A stretch of 63,719 bases of DNA, filler included, from Aduncisulcus paluster (lineage: Eukaryota), in assembly GCA_024181965.1 (NCBI GenBank). It is 23 parts of 23 records of this genome, joined end to end, with 100 filler letters (N's around TTAATTAATTAA, not from the genome) between each part and the next. Parts side by side here need not be neighbours in the genome. Positions count along the whole stretch, not along the records: positions 1 to 12,130 come from BQXS01012055.1; 22 more parts are not named here. One strand, given 5' to 3'. Under the pieces are notes generated by a model that was given only the letters and a program-made list of their open reading frames with translations, did not search any database and was not told the DNA's origin. Made by a program: the position numbers and the translations under genes. Every line of letters starts with the position of its first letter. Within the stretch, counting starts at the first letter, position 1. Below are positions 1-10,795 of the stretch, in pieces.

Positions 1-291
1 GTCATCTTTGGTCGAACCTGGTTATTGCTTATTTGTCCGTTTCTCACTGCTCTTGCTCTCAAGTTATTGATATCTGAGGAAGAAAAGGATCTAACACGAA
101 TGTTTGGTGATGATTATCTTATCTATAAGGCCAGTACCCCGATGATCGTTCCTCTTTTCAAGATATTCAAACGTCCACCCAAAAATATTCATCCCACTTC
201 GTCTGACAACATATGTTCAAAGAAAGGCAGCACCACCAAACATTCGAAAGGCGAAACGACAGAATTTCGTCATAAAGGAAAGAAGAAGTGA
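1..291 (+). CDS. Isoprenylcysteine carboxyl methyltransferase (ICMT/PEMT-like), C-terminal fragment
   Basis: Frame is open from base 1. A hydrophobic segment is followed by EEEKDLTRMFGDDYLIYKASTPMIVP, matching the ICMT C-terminal EE-x2-L-x3-FG-x2-Y-x2-Y motif. Confidence 0.6.
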   Translation, partial: VIFGRTWLLLICPFLTALALKLLISEEEKDLTRMFGDDYLIYKASTPMIVPLFKIFKRPPKNIHPTSSDNICSKKGSTTKHSKGETTEFRHKGKKK

Positions 292-462
292 TCTATCAGA
301 TGGAGTGGTTTGTCTTGTCTAGCAATGGAGAAATCGTGTTTATTTGCCAATGGGATGTTCATTCGTGCAGTATCAGTGTTTCATTCGAGTGTGTTATATT
401 GATGCCACTAATAACTACAAACTTAATCATCTAAATAATTCTTTTGGAAATGGTGTCAATGG

Positions 463-843
463 TTACTTGATATTTCTATACATTCTTTTCAATAAAAGTA
501 ACGTTTTCAGCATTGTAACATTACATTCACCCTTAATTTCGACAGTTTCATCCCGCACAGAGACAAAGCAGGCCTCCTTTCCTCCAATGGAATCATTATC
601 GCGGATTTCAATCCCTTCTTCGCCACCATCTTTTTTCATCAGGACACGCATGTCAGCACGCGTCAGACGATCCATCACATCCTTTTCGGAAGGGTTTCCA
701 ATCATAATGCTCTTGTTAGGGGCCTTATCAACACGGTTAAGGATCGTGCTTGAGCCTACATCAGTAATGGAGTGGAGAGACAAACGTTTCTCTTCCTTTT
801 GCAGCGCTGGCATGATTTTTTGAGTTGATGAATCGTCAATCAA
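463..843 (-). CDS. Hypothetical protein (5' end uncertain)
   Basis: 126-aa ORF with protein-like composition; no motif recognised. Confidence 0.4.
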   Translation of the reverse strand: MIDDSSTQKIMPALQKEEKRLSLHSITDVGSSTILNRVDKAPNKSIMIGNPSEKDVMDRLTRADMRVLMKKDGGEEGIEIRDNDSIGGKEACFVSVRDETVEIKGECNVTMLKTLLLLKRMYRNIK

Positions 844-939
844 AATGTGAACGAAGAATAATGGATGTCAGACAAGTTCAAGACTTATTGCTTGAGTGAT
901 TGAATGAAAAACTCCAAACATTGGTGTATATTCTTGATA

Positions 940-1920
940 TTAATCCTCATTTATGCATACGGATTGCATCAGTTCAGAATATGTGGTTCCATCACAGAGT
1001 TTTAGAGAATCCTTGTTCTTGCAAAGAAGATAGCCGAGCATCCCAAACCAATTCACACTAACATCGGCAACAAAATACTCACGACTCCGGACAAAACATG
1101 CAATCAAGTCCTTTGTAACGACTAGATTATAACTTTCCTTTATAACAAGGGATTTTGGAGACGGTTCACAGCAAAAAGGGAGAGCTCGGCCACTTGAAAT
1201 AAGAGCTTCTTTCTCTTCCATCCAAGGACAAGTATGCAAAAGAGCGTGCATTAATATATTGTAACCATTTTGAATGGAAATAGGATCATATCCATCAATT
1301 TTGACGACACCATGTCGAACAGTTTCTAATCCAGAAAATTTGTAAAAGGATTCCATTTTTTTATCCTTATCTCCAAGAAAAATGTCACTTAACCCATGAA
1401 AGGCTGAAGAATCAAATTTGTGAAGATATTGGGGAAATACAAGATGGAAATGACGATGAGGCTGAGAGTACCCCGAATTATATCCACTATTAAAACCAAA
1501 TATTGCAGTTTTGTCCTCTAAAAATACCTTTGAAAACTGATGGAAATCAGAACCGTTTGGAATGCATCTCTGAAAAATAGGGGTGGAATTAATTAATAAA
1601 AGATGGCAATTAATGATGTTAAACTTATTGAATGCAATATAATACCCATCTTTTTCATAAATAGTTAGTTTTTCTTCGGGGGGGGCAAAGGGGTCCTTGA
1701 AAATGCCTTTTTTCTTTTTGGATTTCAAACCTAATTGGGGAAGGTACTGAACAAATATCTTGCCAGAGGAATGTTTCTCTTTAAATTCATATTCATATAA
1801 CTGTATATCAATTGGGAACAAAGCCTCTTCAAAAACCAACCGATCGGAGATATCAGAAAGATGAGAAAACATTTGATCTAAAAATTCAAATAAAATCCTC
1901 TTGAAATGGGAATATTCCAC
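940..1920 (-). CDS. Ap4A phosphorylase / ATP adenylyltransferase (Apa1/Apa2 family)
   Basis: Motifs DPFAPPE, FNKF..HLLL, FNSGYNSGYSQPHRHFH and C-terminal YNLVVTK..FVRS..VNWFGMLGYLL. Start may be the ATG at about 1872. Confidence 0.8.
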   Translation of the reverse strand: MEYSHFKRILFEFLDQMFSHLSDISDRLVFEEALFPIDIQLYEYEFKEKHSSGKIFVQYLPQLGLKSKKKKGIFKDPFAPPEEKLTIYEKDGYYIAFNKFNIINCHLLLINSTPIFQRCIPNGSDFHQFSKVFLEDKTAIFGFNSGYNSGYSQPHRHFHLVFPQYLHKFDSSAFHGLSDIFLGDKDKKMESFYKFSGLETVRHGVVKIDGYDPISIQNGYNILMHALLHTCPWMEEKEALISSGRALPFCCEPSPKSLVIKESYNLVVTKDLIACFVRSREYFVADVSVNWFGMLGYLLCKNKDSLKLCDGTTYSELMQSVCINED

Positions 1921-2183
1921 AAAAAACTGGATGGAAAAGTTGCTGTGCCCGAGAAATCACATTATTGCCCTATTTTGCGTCCTATCATAATAAAATAATG
2001 AATAAATCGAATTTCTCAAAATTATTTTGTACATCTATCACATTGGTTAATTTTTTAAGTGGTTTAACCAATTCATACATGTCAAACATGAAATTCTTCT
2101 CGGCGATTTGAATAGTCACTATTATAGTGCATGCAGAATGATATTTATTAAATAAAATGGATTTCCAATTGAATTATTCCATA

Positions 2184-5100
2184 TTATCTCCTTGTGGTAT
2201 GCTGTAACCAGAAATTTTCCCACAAGCGATACTTATATCCGGCAACATTAACTGGAAGAATACTCATGCCCGGTAAAAAGTCCTCTCTAAGGGTGCCATC
2301 ATCACATAAGGCGACTCCAATTCCTTGCCAATGCTTATTTATGAACTTGTGTTTGTTCTCCTTATTGAACACATAATCCCAAACACTTGCTGTGCGCCTG
2401 GGCACCTCCATACAAACTCTAGCATGCTCGTTATCATGAGAAAATGTCCCAAATCTATCTGAGAAACATTCATGGGCTAAAAATAGCAACAGTTCCTCAT
2501 TAAACTCGAATGCATGAGGATGCTGTGACATGATCTGATAGACACAATCAAGCCATTGTAGAAACACGGGAGATGATTGGGAATCGTCGAAACCAGACGA
2601 TATATCTCCTTCAGGGCTGACAGAACCAATCTTATTCACGGAGGCTGACTCAGCTTTGTCTTTCTTCACACGAGGACCCGCATGTCGAAGTCTAGTACTC
2701 ATTCGATGACCAAAACCAAGCCACTCACGTTCGATGATCACAGCAAATCCACGCAGAGAACGATAATAGTCATCAACGAGAATCATACTCAAGGAAGAAA
2801 GCTGTGGGGTTCTATCCCATCCATCGGAACAGTGCACCATTGCATGACATCGCAAATGCACCATTGCAGCAGCAATTTGCATGGATCCTCCAATGATAGA
2901 ACGAATATGCTCTATCCACTTCGATGACTCGACTTTTCCATAGAAACGTTCGCTGGAGGAAAGAGTTACGTCTGGCCGATATGGGGCCAGATACAGTTCT
3001 TCAGCCCGTTTGAGAGAAAGTCCATCGGGAAGAGAAAGGTCCTTATGTTCGGAACCAGACGACATGGTTGAGGAGGAGGAACGGGTGGAAGAAGTGGATG
3101 AAGTCCTGTGGTGCAAGGGAGGAGGAGTAGAGAATGCCGGAGTAACAGTGGTTGTCGTTCCAGAGAAGGAAGTTGGAGGGAGGGAGCCGCCAGGAGTTAC
3201 AACAGGGGCCTGGATAGGCGTGGTTGGGCGAGATGAAGAGTGAGGGGAAGGAGGGAAGGAGGCAGAATGGGCTGAGAGATCATCCGCACTCACACCATAC
3301 ATGGCTGACAAAGCTGGGTGAGTCGGCGTAATCCCGCTTGAAGACGAATGGGTGGCTAGGGTTGAAGCATTTGGGCCACTCGTGTGGGTCAAGGGATGGC
3401 ATGAGGACGAGAGAGTTGGTGAAGGATGGAAAGGAACACATTCGACAGATGGGATATCGTATCCATCAGGACCTTCCACTGTCTGTAAGGCAGGAGAATC
3501 GTGATAAGGGGACACTGGAGGCACAATGGGCAAAGGAACGGTTGCCTCAAATCTCTCCTTTTGCTCTTGAATAACATCAGCAGGGTCATGTAATAGGGAG
3601 GAATGATCAGGAACGATGGAGGGAGTTAAGGGAGGTTGAGCGTGATCATCGACATGCTTAATGAGTTCGCCATCCCCGTCAACAATGTAACGTCGCATTT
3701 CTTGGTCCAAAGCAGAGTTGAGAACAGGCAGGGGAGGAGCAGGAGAATAGTTAGCGAGTACATTGAGACCCTCACAGGCATCGAGCATGCTTCTATATGA
3801 ATTACGCACAGCGTGAATATTCTGTATGTTCAAGTAAAACACACGAGCACGCTTGTAACTCTTGGCACGTTCAATACCCTTTCCAATAAGGGTATTGGCA
3901 ACAGTATTCTTCCTTGGTCTCGCATCAAAAATGTAAAGAACAGATCGAGCTGGACAACAATCCGTCATAGCGTTCACATAAAACTCATCGCCTTCACTCT
4001 TCCCAAGGATCCCTGCACATGGCTGTGCACAGCGAGATAATGAAACACCGGTGTATGGTGAACGCCAGCATAATGTCGGAAACCGGTTTGTGGACCTGAA
4101 TTTGGCACTGGATTTAACGATAGAATCCGTGGTTTGAACAGGAACAGCCACAACGGCGGGATATGTTTGGGATAGTGAATAATCAACATTAAGCCAGGAT
4201 ATCTTCCATCCACTATAAGCTCCTGTTACAATCTTCTGTTTTAAAGCGGCAGGGGNNNNNNNNNNNNNNNNNNNNCCAATAAGGGTATTGGCAACAGTAT
4301 TCTTCCTTGGTCTCGCATCAAAAATGTAAAGAACAGATCGAGCTGGACAACAATCCGTCATAGCGTTCACATAAAACTCATCGCCTTCACTCTTCCCAAG
4401 GATCCCTGCACATGGCTGTGCACAGCGAGATAATGAAACACCGGTGTATGGTGAACGCCAGCATAATGTCGGAAACCGGTTTGTGGACCTGAATTTGGCA
4501 CTGGATTTAACGATAGAATCCGTGGTTTGAACAGGAACAGCCACAACGGCGGGATATGTTTGGGATAGTGAATAATCAACATTAAGCCAGGATATCTTCC
4601 ATCCACTATAAGCTCCTGTTACAATCTTCTGTTTTAAAGCGGCAGGAGGTGGGAAAGGGGTGTCTCTACCAACATACCTTGCCATGTGAGGAAATGCTCC
4701 AAAATAAGACATTATTGAATGTGAAAAGGTGTGAAATGAGCCATCTGAAACTCTTTTTCTTTTATAAAAGTCAGATACAGGTCCTGCGAGGAACTTACTC
4801 CCATATTCATGGGGACACTTGGAGAACATCACTCCCATTCTAACAAATTCGGCAACAGGATCACATATACACCATCCAATGGATACATCAGGTGGGAGGG
4901 ATGGAGAGGATGTACATGGAGCAAGCAGAGCTGGGGGGATATGAGTAGATTCTGGATGGAGTTGAGTACACAAGGTTTGAGCCAGTACTTGGGCATCTTC
5001 GTAGGCTTTTGGAACAAGTTTACGAATAATGATTTGGTCATGTCTCCTTAAGCTGTGCAGGTGTTTATATGAAAATGAGTTAGCCGGAACTCGAATAGCA

Positions 5101-5627
5101 TACGTTCTGCGAGCAATTTCATGGACGATTTGAAGGCGCTGATGAGTTGTTTTCATACGAAAAACAACGATAGTTGGGGTGAATAACCGCAATTCCAAAC
5201 ATAAAGCTTGATGGGAACGAGGGATAGATTTAACGGCAGTAGAACCACGAACAACCTTCATAATAATTGAAAAGGGAATTGAACAAAAAGGTTGCATGCA
5301 TCCATATGGAACAAAAATGAAACGATAATTTGTTATCCAAAGAAAACCAATTAAACAATCTCTATAAGGAAGAAGATATGAACCATCTGGCTGAGCTCCA
5401 TGTTCCAAAAAGTAATTAGACCAGGATTTTGAATGGATTGTAGATGTTTCGGTCGTCCAAAAATTACCAGAAAGGAATTGAGTATTGTGAAGTGAAATCT
5501 CCTCATAATAACAGACTTTGACTTCTCCAGGAAGGAAATATTCAGGTTTTTTTGGTGGAGGATGCGACATAATGTGAAAAATACAATCCACACTAGGTCT
5601 TGTGGTCAGAAAAATGCTTTCCAGCAA
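2184..5627 (-). CDS. Myotubularin-family phosphoinositide 3-phosphatase
   Basis: PH-GRAM-like LWITNYRFIF, TYPAVVAVP, FRSTNRFP, DARP, NIHAVRNS, intact catalytic HCSDGWDRT, SPVFLQWLDCV and FEFNE. Contains an assembly duplication around the gap at 4256-4275. Confidence 0.95.
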   Translation of the reverse strand: MLESIFLTTRPSVDCIFHIMSHPPPKKPEYFLPGEVKVCYYEEISLHNTQFLSGNFWTTETSTIHSKSWSNYFLEHGAQPDGSYLLPYRDCLIGFLWITNYRFIFVPYGCMQPFCSIPFSIIMKVVRGSTAVKSIPRSHQALCLELRLFTPTIVVFRMKTTHQRLQIVHEIARRTYAIRVPANSFSYKHLHSLRRHDQIIIRKLVPKAYEDAQVLAQTLCTQLHPESTHIPPALLAPCTSSPSLPPDVSIGWCICDPVAEFVRMGVMFSKCPHEYGSKFLAGPVSDFYKRKRVSDGSFHTFSHSIMSYFGAFPHMARYVGRDTPFPPPAALKQKIVTGAYSGWKISWLNVDYSLSQTYPAVVAVPVQTTDSIVKSSAKFRSTNRFPTLCWRSPYTGVSLSRCAQPCAGILGKSEGDEFYVNAMTDCCPARSVLYIFDARPRKNTVANTLIXXXXXXXXPAALKQKIVTGAYSGWKISWLNVDYSLSQTYPAVVAVPVQTTDSIVKSSAKFRSTNRFPTLCWRSPYTGVSLSRCAQPCAGILGKSEGDEFYVNAMTDCCPARSVLYIFDARPRKNTVANTLIGKGIERAKSYKRARVFYLNIQNIHAVRNSYRSMLDACEGLNVLANYSPAPPLPVLNSALDQEMRRYIVDGDGELIKHVDDHAQPPLTPSIVPDHSSLLHDPADVIQEQKERFEATVPLPIVPPVSPYHDSPALQTVEGPDGYDIPSVECVPFHPSPTLSSSCHPLTHTSGPNASTLATHSSSSGITPTHPALSAMYGVSADDLSAHSASFPPSPHSSSRPTTPIQAPVVTPGGSLPPTSFSGTTTTVTPAFSTPPPLHHRTSSTSSTRSSSSTMSSGSEHKDLSLPDGLSLKRAEELYLAPYRPDVTLSSSERFYGKVESSKWIEHIRSIIGGSMQIAAAMVHLRCHAMVHCSDGWDRTPQLSSLSMILVDDYYRSLRGFAVIIEREWLGFGHRMSTRLRHAGPRVKKDKAESASVNKIGSVSPEGDISSGFDDSQSSPVFLQWLDCVYQIMSQHPHAFEFNEELLLFLAHECFSDRFGTFSHDNEHARVCMEVPRRTASVWDYVFNKENKHKFINKHWQGIGVALCDDGTLREDFLPGMSILPVNVAGYKYRLWENFWLQHTTRR

Positions 5628-5908
5628 CCAGGGAATCTAGGGACTCAGTTCGCCTTTATTCACGAGTTTAATGGTATTAATTGTTTTCCTTCATTCAATT
5701 TGGATTTTATTTGTCCTATAAAAATGAAAGATATTCACTTTGATAGTTTCTGGGCAATAGATCTAGTTTTTGAAAGTTAGTTTGAATGGATTGAATGTAA
5801 ACCCATACACAATAACAATGGAAAAAAAAGAAAAATAAACCCTAAGTGATATTTGAGTGTTTATTGCTCTGTGATAAAAGATCTTCTGAAGGTGTTTAAC
5901 TGCAGGGC

Positions 5909-6403
5909 TTACATATACTCAACATCAAACTTTTCTTTAACCCACTGCTTAGCATCCTCCTTAGTAACACGGTGAGGCTTACCGATACGAGCAGCACAGT
6001 GCTTACGGTGAGCAACACGGTTTCCAGGACGAGTAAGAACAACATAGAACTCCATACCAAAGATACCGATAGCGGGATCGTATTTCATATCAAGATCAAT
6101 GTGCTCAGAGATACCAAAACCGAAACAACCATTGTCAGAGAAGTTCTTATCAAGGAGGGTGAACTTGGTGACACGGAGGGCACGCTCAATAATACCAATG
6201 GCCTTAGGACCACGAACTGTAACGTAGGTTGCGATTTCTTCGTTTCTTCTAATGGAGAAAGTACGGATAGTACTCTTGGCCTTTCCGTAAACGGGGGTTT
6301 GACCTGTGAGGCTCTCGAGAACACGGGAAGCCTTAGTGAGGGGGTCACCACTAGTACCCACACGGATGGCACATATCAATTTGGAAATTCTCAAATCTTT
6401 CAT
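5909..6403 (-). CDS. RPL11: 60S ribosomal protein L11 (uL5)
   Basis: [61 protein letters not shown]. Confidence 0.97.
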   Translation of the reverse strand: MKDLRISKLICAIRVGTSGDPLTKASRVLESLTGQTPVYGKAKSTIRTFSIRRNEEIATYVTVRGPKAIGIIERALRVTKFTLLDKNFSDNGCFGFGISEHIDLDMKYDPAIGIFGMEFYVVLTRPGNRVAHRKHCAARIGKPHRVTKEDAKQWVKEKFDVEYM

Positions 6404-6905
6404 CAATCAGAGCAGAAGCAGGCGAAGAAGAGAAGGATAGCATTCTCTTGAGAATTTTCTCATGATCACAAAAATAGAAGTCAGCGATTTCGAACTTTTA
6501 CTTCAATTAAACTTTAAATTGTGTTTGTATTTACAGTAAAATATTCTTGAAATCTATTATATTTGTCGAGAATCTTGTATTTCAGCCAATACAGAGGGAT
6601 TGAGAAATTGAAAAATAGTACAAGCCTATTTATAATTATTTTTCTTCTTTTTCTTAAAATGAGAAAAGGAACTCGAGAGAAATGTTCTTTTTTATTTTGG
6701 TTTCACTTATAATCAAGTTGATCAAAGTTGATACATAAGATAAACTACTACCACAAAAAAAATTAGCAAAATTATGCTATTTTTATAAATTAATCAAAAA
6801 AAACATATTATTACTGTGAATACTATCTCGTATCCCACAGGAGAAAATTGTTCCCAAGCGACTGTCAAAACCTATCTGAAATATTTTTGGTGGAAATATA
6901 AGCGA

Positions 6906-9900
6906 TTAACGTTTAATAACTCGATGTTTTAGCTTCCATTCACTGATTTTTCTTTTCAATTCTGGCAATCTCTCAAACGTTACACCGCCCTTCGCCCGGT
7001 ATGCAGAAGTCCCTGTACTGTACATTCTTTGATAGGCCTGCATATCAATGACGAGTCCTTCACTTGTTTTCACGGGATCATTCATCAGACCACATTCTAT
7101 TTCACAACAGAATTCGTCAGGTGGCTCCATGTCGAATTCCTCTTCCAGGAGAGATATCAATTTCGGATACATCTCTTCCTCTCTGGGTGCTCCTGATCCT
7201 TCAATTCTATTTCCATCGTATGAGTCAATACTGCATTGTTGAAGAAAACCTATGAATTCATCAGTTAGCGAGAATCTTCCAATGAAAGAGGGTGATTCTG
7301 TAAATCTATCCTCGCAAAGTCGAATAATATTGCGGTGAAGCTTCATTCTCCATTCACATACCTCCATCAATTCCGCATATTGGACAGTAGGAATCCTGAG
7401 TCGACCGCCTTGAATCCACTTTCTCACGTGTTGACCATATTGGGACTCAAATTGACTAAAGTAAGGGAACCAGTCACAGATTGTTCCACCGCACGTTTCG
7501 ACAGCTTTATCGTCAGCGTATGAAATGAACATAACGAGCGTACGGTAACTAATCCAAAGAGACATATTCAAATTTGTCGCAGTTTGCTTGATTTCAGTAA
7601 CAACCTTATGGTCCATTTCAAGAGAGAACCCCGGAATTGAGCGTTTAATATTTTCTATTTTTTCCTCAAGATCAAGCGTTTCTTTCAAGAGATTTGTCAT
7701 TACAGACATAATATTACCAAATCCAATTGTGATACTCGAAGTTGACTGAATGGAGAAGACAGATTTCATGATATCTCCCAAATTGAATCCAGAAACCGTT
7801 GACGAACTCTCATCGGCAAAACTTTGCACCAGTTTGCAAGCACTTTTGATGGCTTCAGCAGCTCCATCTGTCATTGACCAGGGAACAAAGAAGCTTTCGA
7901 TAACACTCTGGACAAAAGAAGGGATTTTCCCCTTCTTCCCTGTCCGACCATCAAAGCAAGAATCGCGAAGCTTCGGAACAAACACATATCTGCCGACGAC
8001 AAGGCCAGGATGTGATTTGATGGTTCTGTGTGAAATCTTACTTAGTTCAGCATCTTCTTCGAGAGAGTTCTTTGCAAAGAAAGTACCAGCAATAGTGGTA
8101 ACATTCGAACCGTGTCTTCGATCTGCGATATATCTGCGGTTTCCAAGGACAAGGGATATTAATGAAACATATGCTCCTGCGAGTTTGTATTTCTCGATGA
8201 TGTCTGTAAGTGCAGAGAGCCTATAACCATGGAGGTAACAGTGAAGGTTGTCATATATGGAGCTTGAAGCAAGAGAAAGTGTAAACAAGGGAGACAGAGT
8301 GGATGAGGACTGTTTAATAGCATCATCATCTTCATCTTTGGCTGACTCAAGAGATGCTGAGTGTGGGAGAGTTGGGTTAGGAGAGGAAGTCTGAAACTTC
8401 CAGGAAAAGAAAGGACGATTGATTTTGGCTGCAATGGATGAGAAAGAGGCACATGCTCTTCCAAAGTATATTAGGAGTTCTTCACTACCAATCAACACAT
8501 TATAAGCATCAATACTTTGGCTGTAGTCTTTAACTCCACGTGCAGTCTTGATTTTAATCAAATCGTAGTTCCAATGAACAAAAGGGATGGAAACAAGCAA
8601 AATAAAGTTTAAACAGGCAAAGAAAACAGACGAACCAGAATAGATTCGCTCAATCTCACTCTCATCAACATCGAAGATAAGGATCTTCTGTGAAGGATCT
8701 TGGGCAGCATAAGGAACAAGCTCAGCCTCCAATGAATTCATTTTAGGTGGACTTAGAGAGTTTAAGGCCTCAACACAATACTTAAAATAGTCCTTAGAAG
8801 CAAGAGAAACACATTGGAGGACGATAGACTCATCAATGAGATAATCCCACTTCCGGCAATCTATTCCGGGATCATGATTCGGATCAACACAACAACAATC
8901 TACCCCAAGATAACAATCTGATCGATGAAAATTAAATCGTTGGATTTTCGATATTAAGACACGGATCTCGGGAATGAGAAATCCTAAATGGGAACAATTG
9001 AGCTTAGAAAATTGTTTTTGCTTGACCAAAAGGGAAAATGAGTCCGTAAACAGAACAAGAAAGCGCCAGAGATATGGGATCGTTCCAATTATCGAAATAT
9101 GAGGATCAGAACCTCCATCTATTTGGGAGAAAATGGTATATAGAGCTAATCTACACAAAATAATAGAATTTAGTCCAAGGGTAATTGAACTTCCACTTGA
9201 TAACACAAATAAGTCCATAACCTGCTGACTTTGAAGATTCTTCACAATAGATTCAAATAAAGCTTGTTCTTCACTCCTATTTTTTGGAACAGCTAAGTCT
9301 TTGGCGGTAAAATGTTTGAAAAAACAGTGTGATCGACATTGTTTCCAGCCAATACTGGGTAAATCGCCTGAAGAACCAAGAAGATACAATAATTGTCCAT
9401 TCAAACGACCATATGACAACAAAGCTTTATCTTTGCACTTGAGAAAAATATCTTTTATCAAAAAAGGATTCACATTCGGGTGAGAGAAAATTGGGTGCAA
9501 AATACAATCTAATTGTGATTTTGAATCAATTGGAGTAACACTAGCATTGCTAATAAGAGAAATAAGGAAAGGTGGAAGACAAGAATGTGTGACAAAATCG
9601 GAAACGATCAGTGAAAAGAGTTCTACTTGGTTTTTCTTTCCAGATGTGGAGAACCAGACATCATGACGACCATTGAATTTAGCACAAAGTTTAAGAAGAT
9701 ATTTGGCAACAGAATCAGTAAATTCTGGCTTATATTTAATGCAATTCATCAAGGTTATTGAAAAATGTTGGATTCTATCCTTTTCAAAGAGCTTGAGGAT
9801 AGTATCAACTCGCTCACAAAAGTTATATACTGTTTCTCCTACATAGGGCTCTGGAAAAGCTGATTCAAAATCCTTCATCAAGCCTAAACCAATTATGACA

Positions 9901-9968
9901 TTCTTGCTTCTCCCAATTGCCGTTTCATATTTCTTTTTGGCTTGAGTTTCATATATAGATTTATACAT
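6906..9968 (-). CDS. U-box protein, UFD2/UBE4-like ubiquitin ligase
   Basis: 1020-aa helical protein ending in the U-box PPDEFCCEIECGLMNDPV...LPELKRKISEW. Confidence 0.7.
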   Translation of the reverse strand: MYKSIYETQAKKKYETAIGRSKNVIIGLGLMKDFESAFPEPYVGETVYNFCERVDTILKLFEKDRIQHFSITLMNCIKYKPEFTDSVAKYLLKLCAKFNGRHDVWFSTSGKKNQVELFSLIVSDFVTHSCLPPFLISLISNASVTPIDSKSQLDCILHPIFSHPNVNPFLIKDIFLKCKDKALLSYGRLNGQLLYLLGSSGDLPSIGWKQCRSHCFFKHFTAKDLAVPKNRSEEQALFESIVKNLQSQQVMDLFVLSSGSSITLGLNSIILCRLALYTIFSQIDGGSDPHISIIGTIPYLWRFLVLFTDSFSLLVKQKQFSKLNCSHLGFLIPEIRVLISKIQRFNFHRSDCYLGVDCCCVDPNHDPGIDCRKWDYLIDESIVLQCVSLASKDYFKYCVEALNSLSPPKMNSLEAELVPYAAQDPSQKILIFDVDESEIERIYSGSSVFFACLNFILLVSIPFVHWNYDLIKIKTARGVKDYSQSIDAYNVLIGSEELLIYFGRACASFSSIAAKINRPFFSWKFQTSSPNPTLPHSASLESAKDEDDDAIKQSSSTLSPLFTLSLASSSIYDNLHCYLHGYRLSALTDIIEKYKLAGAYVSLISLVLGNRRYIADRRHGSNVTTIAGTFFAKNSLEEDAELSKISHRTIKSHPGLVVGRYVFVPKLRDSCFDGRTGKKGKIPSFVQSVIESFFVPWSMTDGAAEAIKSACKLVQSFADESSSTVSGFNLGDIMKSVFSIQSTSSITIGFGNIMSVMTNLLKETLDLEEKIENIKRSIPGFSLEMDHKVVTEIKQTATNLNMSLWISYRTLVMFISYADDKAVETCGGTICDWFPYFSQFESQYGQHVRKWIQGGRLRIPTVQYAELMEVCEWRMKLHRNIIRLCEDRFTESPSFIGRFSLTDEFIGFLQQCSIDSYDGNRIEGSGAPREEEMYPKLISLLEEEFDMEPPDEFCCEIECGLMNDPVKTSEGLVIDMQAYQRMYSTGTSAYRAKGGVTFERLPELKRKISEWKLKHRVIKR

Positions 9969-10173
9969 CTTCGGTAAGAAAAGGTAATAATGTTATGTTA
10001 ACAAAACAGAACGAGTTTTATGGTCAATTTCGTGAGGGATATTTCCTAGCGCCTCGAGAGAATAATATGTGCCATTGGATATGATATTATAAAAATAAAG
10101 AATTAAGAACATTATTTTTTGGAAATCAGATTTATTTCAGTTCTAGATTTCGAAGTTGAAGATTAAGAACAGC

Positions 10174-10795
10174 TTTTTATTTATATGACGGCAAACTCTG
10201 CTTTGTGCGAAAAGAAATAAACAAAGACTTCCTTTTGATAAGTAATATTTTGCTATATAAATTTTTCTTTCAGAAAAACTTCAGTTTTTGGTTTAAAACA
10301 GAGGTCTCCAGACACGTCATACAGGCGGCCTGGGATCAGTTTCCAAAGTCTTCATTTCATAATCCTTGAGACAGCACAGCTCTCTGCGACATAATGCACA
10401 TCCGAGCCGGACCAGGAGTCTTTCTTTCCACCTCCTGCTCCTCTCACTCCTAGAGTCCCCAGGCGTGTTGAAATCCGATGCTTGCATTGCGATTCCATGA
10501 ATGAATTTCAGAGCATAAGTGCCCATGAACCCGTTTGATAACACAGCGAAAGGTGTAATTGGAATATGCCGAAGGTCAGCATAGCTGCAATTAACAAACA
10601 TTGAGTTTAATTCATCCGTAGACATCTTTTCCGCGCTTTCCTCCTCTTCCTTGTCGTCTCCACCACCATAGTCCACCGCAGTGGCAGTCGTGGGCTGCGG
10701 TCGTTCCGTTGCAGCACCAAGTGGGGGCACAGAGGCATTTGTTTCCGAGGTCGTCACTGGGTCAATTCTAATGTTCGCATTAAGAAAAGTCATGA
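10174..10795 (-). mobile_element. 5'-truncated non-LTR retrotransposon fragment (RLE domain, CRE/R2-like) with 3' UTR
   Basis: Translation IRIDPVTTS...ITPFAVLSNGFMGTYALKFIHGIA...RWKERLLVRLGCALCR resembles the RLE C-terminus. The stretch is GC-richer than its flanks. The 3' UTR ends in an A-run and recurs at 47748-47845. Confidence 0.5.

Noticed and set aside
3883..4646. Apparent internal domain duplication in myotubularin
   Set aside because: Two identical ~370-bp copies directly flank a 20-N scaffold gap, the signature of an unmerged contig overlap.
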